Shown: positions 19,721 through 30,091, counted from the first letter of the whole stretch. The stretch: DNA of 63,976 bases, filler included, from 5 parts of 5 records of this genome joined end to end with filler, not necessarily neighbours in it; one strand, 5' to 3'. Notes: generated by a model from the letters alone, not told the origin. Numbers and translations: made by a program.

Positions 19721-20602
19721 CTAATTCAAGCGGTATCGGGAGGTTTTTAGCAGCGGGTATATGGAGTTGGTTTCCTGAAAACCCACGTTAAAGGCAATGT
19801 CAGAAACAGTCATTTTTCCCTGTTTCAAATACTCCAGAGCCTTTTTTAACCGCACTTGCTGGATAAGTTTGTGGGGGGTGTAGCCATACACCTGTTTGAA
19901 AATACGAAGAAAGTGAAATTTGGACATGGAAGCCTCCCGACAAAGTAAATCCAACGTAAGGTTCGGATCGCTGAACTGACTAAAAATCATATCACGTGCT
20001 GTGGCCACCCGATTAAAAAGCTCCTGCCGGGTTGCTGGCTTGAGAGAAGAGATCGATTGAATGGCTGACTGATGTCGTTTGATTAGCAGGAACAGGATTT
20101 CGAAAATAGCCATAGGGTAATCTTCCTTCCGGTTTATGTGGAATCTTTGAAGGTTTTCACGGATGACGCGCTCTTTGTAGTATATGTAATTGGTGAATTG
20201 ATACGAACGTTCGCCCCCGTTGGGGTTATTAAGCAGTTGATCATCATCCGAAAGAATGCTGCCCAACATTTCCTCGAAAGTGGCCAGACTCAAATGGATG
20301 TTGAAAATCTCTCCCACTTTATCCGAATCTAACCGATATTGAAGTGATTCGTAAGGATTTACCACACAGAAGGTTTCTTTACAAATCTTGAGATTTTTGC
20401 CTTTCATAAATATAGAGGCACGACCGTCCGTTTTGAGGGTGAAAATGGTAAAGGCGCTTTCCGGGATCTCCTTTTCTAACTTTTTGTAGCTCGCATTCAC
20501 TACCACATCTGGCCATTTGATAACAGCACCGGGAGATCCGGTTGTCTCGTTTCTTAATCTGGAGAGAGTTGCCTGATCCGGGCATTGAGTTGTTAGAATC
20601 AT
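19721..20602 (-). CDS. AraC family transcriptional regulator
   Basis: C-terminal SMSKFHFLRIFKQVYGYTP...VSDIAFNVGF double HTH. Confidence 0.92.
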   Translation of the reverse strand: MILTTQCPDQATLSRLRNETTGSPGAVIKWPDVVVNASYKKLEKEIPESAFTIFTLKTDGRASIFMKGKNLKICKETFCVVNPYESLQYRLDSDKVGEIFNIHLSLATFEEMLGSILSDDDQLLNNPNGGERSYQFTNYIYYKERVIRENLQRFHINRKEDYPMAIFEILFLLIKRHQSAIQSISSLKPATRQELFNRVATARDMIFSQFSDPNLTLDLLCREASMSKFHFLRIFKQVYGYTPHKLIQQVRLKKALEYLKQGKMTVSDIAFNVGFQETNSIYPLLKTSRYRLN

Positions 20603-20618
20603 CTTTGCAGGGCTTGAG

Positions 20619-21221
20619 TTAGTTCATTATAGCTGTTTTCTGAGCAATAGTCATCCATTGTTCCTTTACCTGATTGGTGCTTATGATCCGGGCAAATTCC
20701 TCATTTAGGCTGGCGATGGCTGTTTCATGTATTAGCTCAGCACTGTAGAGGCTTCCGTCTCGTCCTTTTTTACAAAAGGTGGCGGTGGCGTCATGAACGA
20801 GGTAGGTAGCATAACCGAAGTTTCCAGCCATGCGTGTAGTGGTGGAAACGCAGTGATCCGTGGTGAGACCGGCCACCACGAGAGTGGTGATTCCCGCCCG
20901 ATCCAGTTGTTCTTTTAAATTTGTGCCAATGAAAGCACTATTTACGCTTTTCTCAATCACGGGTTCGTCAGGTAGTGGCTGCACGACATCCTGAAATGCA
21001 TTCCCTGGACTGGAAAGATGCAAGGGTGATCCCTGGTTAGATGAGCAATGCTTCACATGGAATACCGGAAGGCCAAGGGATCGCCAGAAGTTGAGCAGTT
21101 CACCTGCATGCAGTTCGGCCTGTGGATTGTTTCGCTGGCCTCCCCAATAGACGATATCCTCGAAGGCCTTCTGAATATCGATTAGCAAGAGTGCAGCCGT
21201 TTTTTGAGTTGGTTTGTGCAT
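20619..21221 (-). CDS. Cysteine hydrolase (isochorismatase family)
   Basis: Asp-Lys-Cys triad motifs LLIDIQ, EKSVNSAF, TDHCV. Confidence 0.92.
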   Translation of the reverse strand: MHKPTQKTAALLLIDIQKAFEDIVYWGGQRNNPQAELHAGELLNFWRSLGLPVFHVKHCSSNQGSPLHLSSPGNAFQDVVQPLPDEPVIEKSVNSAFIGTNLKEQLDRAGITTLVVAGLTTDHCVSTTTRMAGNFGYATYLVHDATATFCKKGRDGSLYSAELIHETAIASLNEEFARIISTNQVKEQWMTIAQKTAIMN

Positions 21222-21777
21222 TTCGAATGTGGATATTAATGCGAAATAATACGGCAGAACACCAGGACGGGTTTTACATTGATATCCAGCACGTCTTCTG
21301 CCTTCATTCCACAGCGCAATTATCGAATGGAATGCAGACCTTGGAGGTGCTCCGGACCCTTACCCGAAAACCAAAGCTTGTTTTGCTAGTCCCTTCGAAG
21401 GTATTTTCCTTGCACAAAGCTTTGATCCTTCCGATTTAGATCGTATTGGAACGGTTGATCAACGTATATTTTTGTCGTGCTGCTCTGATCAAAACGAACA
21501 GTCATAATAGCTAATTTAAATGCAGCGCTCGTTCCATTGCTATCATTCCAAACATGATTAACGTTTACCAATTTTGCTAACTATCCAAGTAATGTGATTT
21601 CATTTTTAAGAAATGGAAGACCACTTTAGGCAATGGCTCTACCATAAATAACCTGGTTAATTACAAGAATGATAAATATTTCTACTGCGAGAATGATAAC
21701 TCTTTCATTTCATACGCAATGAACAACATGAAGGGTAACTGGTTGTCGGGCTAGACTATCACGTCTCCTTTACAACA

Positions 21778-22377
21778 TCACTTCCAATTGATAAAAACCT
21801 GTGCTACGAATAGGTTAGGAACCCACGACAGCCAGGAAATAATCGTGTAAGAATCATCGAAACCTATACCTAAAAAGATATCAAAGACCGGCAGCCACAA
21901 CCGCAATGTAACCGCAGAAAAGGCCAATGCATAACTTCGTATCATCCAGACGCGATGGTCTTCGATATTCATTTTTCGGATAGCCAAATAAGCCAAAACC
22001 GACGTAGTGAGCCAACTCAACGCCATACCACTGAAACCTACCTGAGCGATCCACCCACCATTGGCATTGAGGGCCAAATAAAATCCAGCCATCCCGCCAA
22101 ACATCACCGCTATCAGATAGACTTTCCCTAGTGTTCGATGCAGCGATATTCTTTTAGCCCGGATTTTTTTACTGAACTGTGACCAGCCAGTCAACAGGGA
22201 TACTGCACCGAAGGAAATATGCATGTAAAACGCAATCCACCAGATTTGATTTTCCAGAATCTCGGCTGATTTCGCGCTGAGCAGCCCTATCTTTTCATCC
22301 GTTAAGAAATAGAGCACCGGGTAGATGCCAACTCCGATAGCTAAAAACACAAAAATGAACCATCCGACCTTTTTCAT
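21778..22377 (-). CDS. DUF2306 family membrane protein
   Basis: HRTLGKVY, HRVWMIRSYAL..AVTLR, WLSWVPN; six TM segments. Confidence 0.82.
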   Translation of the reverse strand: MKKVGWFIFVFLAIGVGIYPVLYFLTDEKIGLLSAKSAEILENQIWWIAFYMHISFGAVSLLTGWSQFSKKIRAKRISLHRTLGKVYLIAVMFGGMAGFYLALNANGGWIAQVGFSGMALSWLTTSVLAYLAIRKMNIEDHRVWMIRSYALAFSAVTLRLWLPVFDIFLGIGFDDSYTIISWLSWVPNLFVAQVFINWK

Positions 22378-22502
22378 AGGGGAAGTTTAAGGATAAGTCT
22401 GCAGTTTAGATAAATTCTCACGGATTAACACAAATCAGCCAGACGATAGACATACCAAAACCTGTCAATTAAAATCTTCATGCATGAATCGTAACCCAAC
22501 AC

Positions 22503-22547
22503 ATACCTAATCGTATTAGGGTAATATACATAATAGGATTAGGTATG
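22503..22547. promoter_or_regulatory. Two tandem palindromic operators (probable PadR sites)
   Basis: ATACCTAAT-CGT-ATTAGGGTA (22503-22523) and ATACATAAT-AGG-ATTAGGTAT (22526-22546); the second overlaps the padR ATG. Confidence 0.65.
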
Positions 22548-22880
22548 GCAAGCAAAGAACTTACTGGTGCATCCACAGTACCACTTATTCTTACCGTTCT
22601 TCTCGGCGGAGAAAACTATGGATACGAGCTTATCAAAAAAGTAAAAGAACTTTCCAATGGCAAACTCGAATGGAGTGAGGCCATGCTTTATCCGGTCCTT
22701 CACCGGTTGGAGCGCGATCAGCTTATTCATTCACGATGGCAGTTGCTGGAAAATGGGCGCAAGAGAAAATATTATAGTATTTCCGATTTGGGCAAAGAAG
22801 AACTTGCTTCCAAAAAATCGGATTGGATCGAGATGATCCAATTATTCTCGGAACTCTGGAGCCTTAAATCTGCAACATGA
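22545..22880 (+). CDS. PadR family transcriptional regulator
   Basis: YGYELIK, LYPVLHRLE, GRKRKYY.I...GK. Confidence 0.93.
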   Translation: MASKELTGASTVPLILTVLLGGENYGYELIKKVKELSNGKLEWSEAMLYPVLHRLERDQLIHSRWQLLENGRKRKYYSISDLGKEELASKKSDWIEMIQLFSELWSLKSAT

Positions 22881-25525
22881 GACAGCCCGACATTGAGAAA
22901 TCCATTGGCATTTGGAAAAAATCGTTGTTCAAATACAAAGGTTTTGAGCCAGCGGATATTGATGAGTTGGAAGACCATTTTCGGAGTATGATCGATGATC
23001 TCAGACAACAGGGATACTCCGAAATAGCAGCTTTTGAAAAAGCTAAAGAAGATTTCTCTGACCAATATGATTTACTCGACAAAGCCTACCATTCATCCAA
23101 AACCATATCAAGTTTCAACGAAGGCTTACTTTTTGGTTTCCTGAAAGTAGCCATAAGAAGCCTGAAACGCCAATGGTCGTATTCGCTGATCAACATTCTA
23201 GGGTTGGCGATTGGCCTGGGAAGTGTTATGGCTATTTGTGGGTATGTGATCGGGGAATTTGGATATGACCACTTTAACACGAATAAATCTGAGCTGAACA
23301 GGGTCATAAATGAATATGATCGCGAATCGGGAACGCTGCGTTATCCCCTCGCACCACCGGCTCTTGCTCCAGCAATCAACGGAACTTTACCAGGTATCAG
23401 ACAGGTCACTCGCCTTCGAACCATTGACCGAATTGTACTTTCTAATGAAGATCAGGATTTTCTAGAAAAACGCGGTTTCTATGCGGATTCTTCCTTTCTC
23501 AGTATGTTCAGTTTTGAATTGCTCGAAGGAAACAGCATGCGGGTACTCTCCCAGCCAAATTCCATCGTACTTACTCGATCCATGGCCGATAAACTATTTC
23601 CAAATAGACGGGCTATGGGTCAGATTTTAAAAATGAATGGTGAAAGGTTGCTGGAAGTTACCGGTGTGTTACAAGATTTATCATACAATTCACACTTACA
23701 ATTTGATTTTCTGATATCCTTCCAAACTTACCAGGTCCCCGAGGGCTATCTGGCTGATTTGAACAGCTGGGGATGGATGGGGTTTTTGACTTATGTGCGA
23801 ATCGATGATGCAGCTGACAAAGCTGAACTTGAAGAACAGCTCCGGCAACTTTACAAAACGCATAATACTTCCAAGTCGAACAAAGATATTCGGATTAAGC
23901 TTCAGCCATTGACGGAGATTTATTTGGGATCCGGCAAAATAACCAACCCACATGGAGGACTGTTTAAATCAAACAATCGAACCAATTTATATAGCCTCAT
24001 GGCCATCGCAGGGTTGATTTTACTAATCGCTGGATTCAACTATGTTAATATTAATATCGCAAATGTACAAACCCGAATAAAGGAAGTAGGTATGAGGCGA
24101 GTACTAGGGTCATCACGTACCAAATTGGTTATGCAAATAATCACAGAAGCTATCGTGAATGTGGCAATGGCCTCATTTATTGGATTATTCATTGCGCTTC
24201 TGATATTCAAAACAGGCATTATTCCACAATCAGTCTTCCTTTTCGCTTCACCGATTTATTTTGGGATTCTGGTTCTTGGATGTGTCGCATTGGGAGCAAT
24301 TCTTGGAGCAATTATCGCATTAGCGTCGCGCACTTTCATTGCTGGTTCGTCCACACTCGGTTTACTAAAATCTTCACCAATTAGTGGCAGTTCCATGCAC
24401 TACGTCAACAACGCCATTCTCTTCGGGCAATACCTCATAGCTGCCGGTCTTATTGCCACAAGTATCATAGTTGTCAAGCAAATAAACTTCATGAACAACA
24501 AAGAGCTGGGCTATAACGCGCATGGCATTATGGCGATATCCGGGACGTCAGAATCCATAAACTCATCCTACAACTTATTTGAAAAGCTGGCTCAAAGCGA
24601 ACCATCAATCAAGGATGTTACCCTTTGCAGTCATGCGTTTGATGGTGGATCAAGTGGTGGACCTATGCGGCGGGATAGCTGGAGTGAAGACCAACAGATT
24701 CATACGGCCTATTATCAGGTTGGCTTCAATTTTCTACAAACCACCGGTATTGAATTGATACAGGGAAGGTTTTTCTCAAATAAGATTCCTTCTGATTCTA
24801 CAGCGTCTATTGTGCTCAATGAAGAAGCCGCCAGAGCGATGAACATTCGGCAGCTGAATGGGCAGAAAATTATATTTAACAATGGGCACGAATATCGGGT
24901 TATTGGTATCGTTAAAAATTTTCACTTTCGATCCCTGCATCACCGCATTGAGCCCATGGCGCTTGTGATGCCATTTGGGAATGTCGAAAACGTGCTTGTC
25001 AGTTTTCAGAGCCCTGATCTGACCGCTGTTTATGGGGCGATCGAGCAGCTTTGGAATGAGGCCAGCAACGATATCAACGATCCGGTAAGTATTGAATTTC
25101 TGGATGTCGCCCTGGCACAACAATACAAAAAGGAAGCACAGTTAGAAATTATTGTTCGCTCATTTTCATTTCTGGCAATTTTGCTTTCATGTGTTGGCTT
25201 ACTTGGATTAACAGCGGTGACGATTAACCTAAAAATTCGGCAGGTTTGCATTAGGAAAATTCTGGGTGCTGGCTCTGGGAGTATCATCGTTTCAATTTGT
25301 CGTGGCTCCCTTGTTTGCGCAGTAGGCGCAACCATAATTGCCTGGCCGCTGGCTATTTTCGTCTCTAATATATGGCTGGCGGATTACGCCTACCACTATC
25401 AACCCGATATTTCCATTTTCCTGATCACGTTTTTGGTTGTCATGCCAATAACCTTGCTTACCCTGAGTATTCAATATCGAAAAGTCAATTTTACCAACCC
25501 AGCCAAAATTCTTAGAAATGACTAA
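22877..25525 (+). CDS. Duplicated FtsX/MacB-type ABC permease with N-terminal prefix domain
   Basis: N-terminal IDELEDH helical prefix, YSLINILGLAIG, two FtsX repeats (KEVGMRRVLGS; IRKILGA), KELGY; ATGA overlap with padR. Confidence 0.88.
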   Translation: MRQPDIEKSIGIWKKSLFKYKGFEPADIDELEDHFRSMIDDLRQQGYSEIAAFEKAKEDFSDQYDLLDKAYHSSKTISSFNEGLLFGFLKVAIRSLKRQWSYSLINILGLAIGLGSVMAICGYVIGEFGYDHFNTNKSELNRVINEYDRESGTLRYPLAPPALAPAINGTLPGIRQVTRLRTIDRIVLSNEDQDFLEKRGFYADSSFLSMFSFELLEGNSMRVLSQPNSIVLTRSMADKLFPNRRAMGQILKMNGERLLEVTGVLQDLSYNSHLQFDFLISFQTYQVPEGYLADLNSWGWMGFLTYVRIDDAADKAELEEQLRQLYKTHNTSKSNKDIRIKLQPLTEIYLGSGKITNPHGGLFKSNNRTNLYSLMAIAGLILLIAGFNYVNINIANVQTRIKEVGMRRVLGSSRTKLVMQIITEAIVNVAMASFIGLFIALLIFKTGIIPQSVFLFASPIYFGILVLGCVALGAILGAIIALASRTFIAGSSTLGLLKSSPISGSSMHYVNNAILFGQYLIAAGLIATSIIVVKQINFMNNKELGYNAHGIMAISGTSESINSSYNLFEKLAQSEPSIKDVTLCSHAFDGGSSGGPMRRDSWSEDQQIHTAYYQVGFNFLQTTGIELIQGRFFSNKIPSDSTASIVLNEEAARAMNIRQLNGQKIIFNNGHEYRVIGIVKNFHFRSLHHRIEPMALVMPFGNVENVLVSFQSPDLTAVYGAIEQLWNEASNDINDPVSIEFLDVALAQQYKKEAQLEIIVRSFSFLAILLSCVGLLGLTAVTINLKIRQVCIRKILGAGSGSIIVSICRGSLVCAVGATIIAWPLAIFVSNIWLADYAYHYQPDISIFLITFLVVMPITLLTLSIQYRKVNFTNPAKILRND

Positions 25526-26969
25526 CATTTACAGAATCATCTTCCTTTTGCTATTGACCGTGCCTGACTGCTTTGTTGTGGCACAACGCATTCCCATTAC
25601 TACCAAATCTTCTGAAGCAAGATCGTATTACATTCTAGCGGATTCTTTAGAAAATTTGCTCCAAACCGACAAATCTAAAGAGCTATTTCTGAAGGCTGCT
25701 ACATCCGATTCTACATTTGCAATGGCCTGGATGCGTGCCGCTATGGCCGTAGATAATTATTCGGAAAGAAGGCAATACCTGATTGAGGCTTCCAAATATT
25801 TAGCATTGGTTTCTGAGGGAGAAAAGCTCTGGATTCAGGCAAGAAATGCGTTTTATGGAGATGGTGATCCGAAAGATGAATTCCCTTGTATTAAAAAACT
25901 ACATGAGCTGTACCCTAGTGATGCCATGAGCAATTACCTGTACGGATATATGCATCGTCATCACGGCCAAAGTGACGACAGCCTCGCTGTTGTTTTTTAT
26001 CGGCGTGCCATCGATATTGATCCTAACCTATCGCTAGCCTACAATGAGCTGTGCTATGCGTATATGGGTTTAAACGCATATGACCAGGCACTCAGTGCTA
26101 TAGAAGAATATATCAAACTTGTGCCCGACAATCCCAATCCTTATGATAGCTATGCTGAAATATTACTTAGAATGGGGAAACACGATGAATCAATAACCGC
26201 CTATAAGCAGGTTCTGGAGATGGATCCACAATTTCCATGGGCGTTTATGGGTATAGCTGCTAATCTTAATTACAAGAATGAGTTTCGTGAGGCCAGAAAA
26301 TATCTGGCTGCTACAGATTCTTTGTCCATGTCTGATTACCAATACAGACATTCATGGAGAGGAAAGGTCGTTTCGTATTTGGACGAAGGGCAATCGGACT
26401 CAGCGATCTACATGCTGAGGAAGCAACGGGAGGCAGCTTTAAATAAAACCCACAACCGGGAACCTAACTTTCATCTTTATTATGGGTATCAGAGAAGTGT
26501 GAGACTCCTCTTCGAAGCGGGACAGCACGTCGAAGGTATGGCAGAATATGAGCAGTGGGTACAATTCTGCAAGGATTCCCTGAAAAGTGCCACGGCGGAA
26601 AGAGTTACCAGTTTGCGTTCATACTATGAGGCCTTTTCGGCTTACAATGAGCAGGACTACCAAAATGCTTTACTATTGATTGAAAAACGAAAGGATGGCA
26701 CAACGCTTCTTACAAGTGATGCGCTAATCCTTAAAATCAGAGTACTCCTGGGTTTAGGTAAATTTGAAGAGGCGCTCCTTACATTTAAAGAGATCCCGGA
26801 CATGAATAGTTACAATAAGTATTGGTACGCCATGGCCAGTCTTGCAAATAATCAGCGAGAGGCTGCAATGGACTTACTTCATGAAATTATGCATACCTGG
26901 GAAATGAACAATATCGATCTGGCCCTGGCACGTTTTAAAGCCAAACAGACGCTTGCTCAACTCAATTAA
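25518..26969 (+). CDS. Secreted tetratricopeptide repeat protein
   Basis: Signal peptide, PITTKSSEAR, several TPRs (DPNLSLAYNEL, PDNPNPYDSYAE); overlaps the permease stop. Confidence 0.8.
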   Translation: MTNIYRIIFLLLLTVPDCFVVAQRIPITTKSSEARSYYILADSLENLLQTDKSKELFLKAATSDSTFAMAWMRAAMAVDNYSERRQYLIEASKYLALVSEGEKLWIQARNAFYGDGDPKDEFPCIKKLHELYPSDAMSNYLYGYMHRHHGQSDDSLAVVFYRRAIDIDPNLSLAYNELCYAYMGLNAYDQALSAIEEYIKLVPDNPNPYDSYAEILLRMGKHDESITAYKQVLEMDPQFPWAFMGIAANLNYKNEFREARKYLAATDSLSMSDYQYRHSWRGKVVSYLDEGQSDSAIYMLRKQREAALNKTHNREPNFHLYYGYQRSVRLLFEAGQHVEGMAEYEQWVQFCKDSLKSATAERVTSLRSYYEAFSAYNEQDYQNALLLIEKRKDGTTLLTSDALILKIRVLLGLGKFEEALLTFKEIPDMNSYNKYWYAMASLANNQREAAMDLLHEIMHTWEMNNIDLALARFKAKQTLAQLN

Positions 26970-28030
26970 ATATCCCTAATCCGACTAAATCGCAGCGCTT
27001 TCAACATAAAATCAGGGAGAGGTTTTAATGGATCGCGGGATTCTACATTGAGAAAGATACCCAGTTTTTCGATGATTGGGATTTTATACACTTCGATCAT
27101 TTCTATCAGAATACCATCGGGATCATCGATGTAGGTGCAGTGTACGCGCGTGGTGCCGCCCATGTCGAGGGTGTCTTTGGTATCGCAGGTAAATCCGAAC
27201 CCTTTTTCTGACACCTCGTCACCCAGGGCTTTCATTCCACGCACGTCGAGCCCGATGTGAACGAACCCGACATCTCCCCAGATTCTCCCTTTGAAGATCT
27301 TTTTAGGAGTATAATCCAGCGCCTGGATCAACTCAATGTAGGTATCTGCAGAGACCTTCGCAAAACCTCCTCCTGGTGGATTTGATTGGGTGATCCGGAT
27401 TCTGCGGAATTTATGTTTACCTCCTGCAAGACTCTTAAAATCAGCAAAGACTGCAGTTTGGTCATATACCACTTTGTCATAACCGAGAATGTCAGAATAC
27501 AGCTTGAGCGAAGCATCAATGTCTGTAACCCCAACCACACAGCCGTTTGGACCTCCCGTGATATGTTTGGTTTTAGTATAAAAAGTTTGTCCGGGGATGA
27601 GTTGGAAAATCAGGCCATTCGGGTCTTCGCAATAGAAGGTTTGCCCGCCATCCGGCATAGTCACCACGTCAGAAAGCAACCTGGCTCCATTTTCTTTGAA
27701 GTATTGGAAAGCAGCTGCCACGTCTCTGGTTTTGACCTGATTGATATAAATACCAATATCACCAAGCTGGGTTTCAAAATCCGGTTTGCGAGGTACGAAT
27801 GAAGTTGGCTGCACTACTTCCATGGCACAGCCACCCTGTAGGTTCAGAATCATCGTGGCTCGCTTGGTAATGGTTTCGTTGTGCGTATACACGTCCATCA
27901 GCGGAGCGGGAGCCACGCCATTAAAGATGGGAATGTCCATCCCTATAAACTTCCTATACCATTTTTGTGAAACTTCCGAGTCAGTCACCCCTACACCGAT
28001 GTGTTGGATACCGTTGATGCGTTTATACAT
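26966..28030 (-). CDS. Two-domain VOC (glyoxalase-like) family protein
   Basis: GIQHIGVGV, FYCEDPNG, YIELIQ, YIDDPDGILIEMIE; ATG 28030 preferred. Confidence 0.8.
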   Translation of the reverse strand: MYKRINGIQHIGVGVTDSEVSQKWYRKFIGMDIPIFNGVAPAPLMDVYTHNETITKRATMILNLQGGCAMEVVQPTSFVPRKPDFETQLGDIGIYINQVKTRDVAAAFQYFKENGARLLSDVVTMPDGGQTFYCEDPNGLIFQLIPGQTFYTKTKHITGGPNGCVVGVTDIDASLKLYSDILGYDKVVYDQTAVFADFKSLAGGKHKFRRIRITQSNPPGGGFAKVSADTYIELIQALDYTPKKIFKGRIWGDVGFVHIGLDVRGMKALGDEVSEKGFGFTCDTKDTLDMGGTTRVHCTYIDDPDGILIEMIEVYKIPIIEKLGIFLNVESRDPLKPLPDFMLKALRFSRIRDI

Positions 28031-28071
28031 AGCTTGTTTTTTTCCAGTGGCCAAAAATAAGGCGTCTGGTT

Positions 28072-30090
28072 CTATTTTTGAATCATTTTTTGAATCTCGA
28101 GCATTTCGTCGCGTAAGCGGGCAGCTTCCATGAAGTCCAGATCCCTGGCGGCTTTTTCCATTTTTCGCTTCGTCTCGGCTTCCAGTTTTTGCAGCTGTTC
28201 TTTGTTCATATAAGCTACTACCGGATCGGCTGCTATACTCACCTCTTCGGGATCAGCATAGTATTTACGACCGCCTTTTTTGCTGTCAGCGACACTGGTC
28301 TGGTCAAACACGGATTCCCGATTTTTGATAATGGTCGTTGGTGTGATGCCATGTGCTTCGTTATATTCTTGTTGGATGGCGCGTCTTCTGTTTGTCTCGT
28401 CTATGGCTTTCTGCATGGAATCGGTCACCTTGTCGGCATACATAATCACGCGACCATTTGAATTCCGTGCTGCCCGTCCGATCGTTTGAACCAGCGAACG
28501 TTCATTCCGTAGGAAGCCTTCTTTATCCGCATCCAAAATGGTGACTAGTGATACTTCGGGTAAGTCCAGTCCTTCTCTCAGTAGGTTCACACCCACAAGC
28601 ACATCAAAAACGCCCAAACGCAGCTCACGCAAAATTTCTACCCGATCCAGTGTATCCACCTCTGAGTGAATGTAGCGGGTTTTCACACCCGCATTTACCA
28701 GATACTTGGAGAGCTCCTCGGCCATCCGTTTGGTCAGGGTGGTGATCAATACCCGCTCCTTGCGCTCTACACGGATCTCTATTTCATTCATCAGATCGTC
28801 AATCTGGTTCGTGCTCGGTCTCACGTCGATGATCGGATCGAGGAGGCCTGTAGGTCGGATCAATTGCTCTACAATAACTCCTTCGGATTTTCGAAGCTCG
28901 TAATCAGCGGGTGTGGCACTCACGAAGACCACCTGATTAATCATTTCTTCAAACTCATTAAACGTGAGCGGTCGGTTGTCCAATGCAGACGGAAGCCGGA
29001 AACCGTAATCTACCAGGTTTACTTTTCTGCTTCGATCACCACCCCACATCGCCTTAACCTGCGAGCAGGTCACGTGACTTTCGTCAATAATCATGAGATA
29101 ATCGTCGGGGAAATAATCCAGTAAACAGAAAGGACGTGCACCCGGCTGCCGACGATCAAAATAGCGGGAATAATTTTCCACCCCTGAGCAATACCCAATT
29201 TCCCGGATCATCTCCATGTCAAACTCGGTTCGTTCCTTCAGGCGCTTAGCTTCAAGAAAGCGGCGTTCGTCTTCGAAAAACTGAACCTGCGCTACCATGT
29301 CGTCCTGAATCTCTCGTAGCGCAACCTGCAACTGGTCTTTGCCGGTCACAAAGAGGTTTGCCGGGAAAATGCTCACGATGCGTTCATCGGCTATCTTTTC
29401 ACCAGAATAAGGGTCAATGCGGTGAATAGCTTCTACCTCATCTCCCCAGAAAATGAAACGATAAGCGAAATCGGCATAAGCCAGGAATATGTCTACTGTA
29501 TCTCCCTTCACGCGGAAAGTCCCTCGCTTGAAGTCTACTTCCGTCCGACTATAGAGAATGTCTACCAGACTGAATAAAAACTTATTACGGGGGATCACTT
29601 CACCCTCCTGAACACGGATCACGTTTTTCCCGAACTCTTCAGGATTCCCGATACCATAAATACAGGACACAGAAGCTATCACAATCACATCCCTTCTCCC
29701 GGAAAGCAAGGCAGAACTTGCGCTCAATCGCAGTTTTTCGATCTCTTCGTTGATGGAAAGATCCTTTTCTATGTAAATGCCTGTGGTGGGCAAAAAGGCC
29801 TCAGGCTGATAATAATCGTAGTAAGAAATGAAATATTCCACGGCATTGTCAGGGAAAAAGCTTTTGAACTCGCCGTAAAGTTGTGCGGCCAGTGTTTTGT
29901 TATGGCAAAGCACAAGGGTAGGGCGCTGTACCTGAGCCACGACATTTGCCATCGTAAAGGTTTTACCTGATCCTGTTACCCCCAACAGGGTCTGTGCAGG
30001 TTCGTTGTTTTCCAATCCCTGAACAAGCTGTTCGATCGCTTTGGGCTGGTCCCCTGTGGGTGTGTATTCCGATACGAGTTTAAAATCCAT
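28072..30090 (-). CDS. uvrB: Excinuclease ABC subunit B
   Basis: GVTGSGKT, YYDYYQPEA, DESH, REGLDLPEV, C-terminal UVR domain; ATG 30090. Confidence 0.97.
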   Translation of the reverse strand: MDFKLVSEYTPTGDQPKAIEQLVQGLENNEPAQTLLGVTGSGKTFTMANVVAQVQRPTLVLCHNKTLAAQLYGEFKSFFPDNAVEYFISYYDYYQPEAFLPTTGIYIEKDLSINEEIEKLRLSASSALLSGRRDVIVIASVSCIYGIGNPEEFGKNVIRVQEGEVIPRNKFLFSLVDILYSRTEVDFKRGTFRVKGDTVDIFLAYADFAYRFIFWGDEVEAIHRIDPYSGEKIADERIVSIFPANLFVTGKDQLQVALREIQDDMVAQVQFFEDERRFLEAKRLKERTEFDMEMIREIGYCSGVENYSRYFDRRQPGARPFCLLDYFPDDYLMIIDESHVTCSQVKAMWGGDRSRKVNLVDYGFRLPSALDNRPLTFNEFEEMINQVVFVSATPADYELRKSEGVIVEQLIRPTGLLDPIIDVRPSTNQIDDLMNEIEIRVERKERVLITTLTKRMAEELSKYLVNAGVKTRYIHSEVDTLDRVEILRELRLGVFDVLVGVNLLREGLDLPEVSLVTILDADKEGFLRNERSLVQTIGRAARNSNGRVIMYADKVTDSMQKAIDETNRRRAIQQEYNEAHGITPTTIIKNRESVFDQTSVADSKKGGRKYYADPEEVSIAADPVVAYMNKEQLQKLEAETKRKMEKAARDLDFMEAARLRDEMLEIQKMIQK

Positions 30091-30091
30091 A

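Noticed and set aside
21222..21777. 556-bp gap with short ORFs (21386-21571, 21122-21439); possible ncRNA or gene remnant
   Set aside because: No recognisable motif, repeat or stable structure found by eye.
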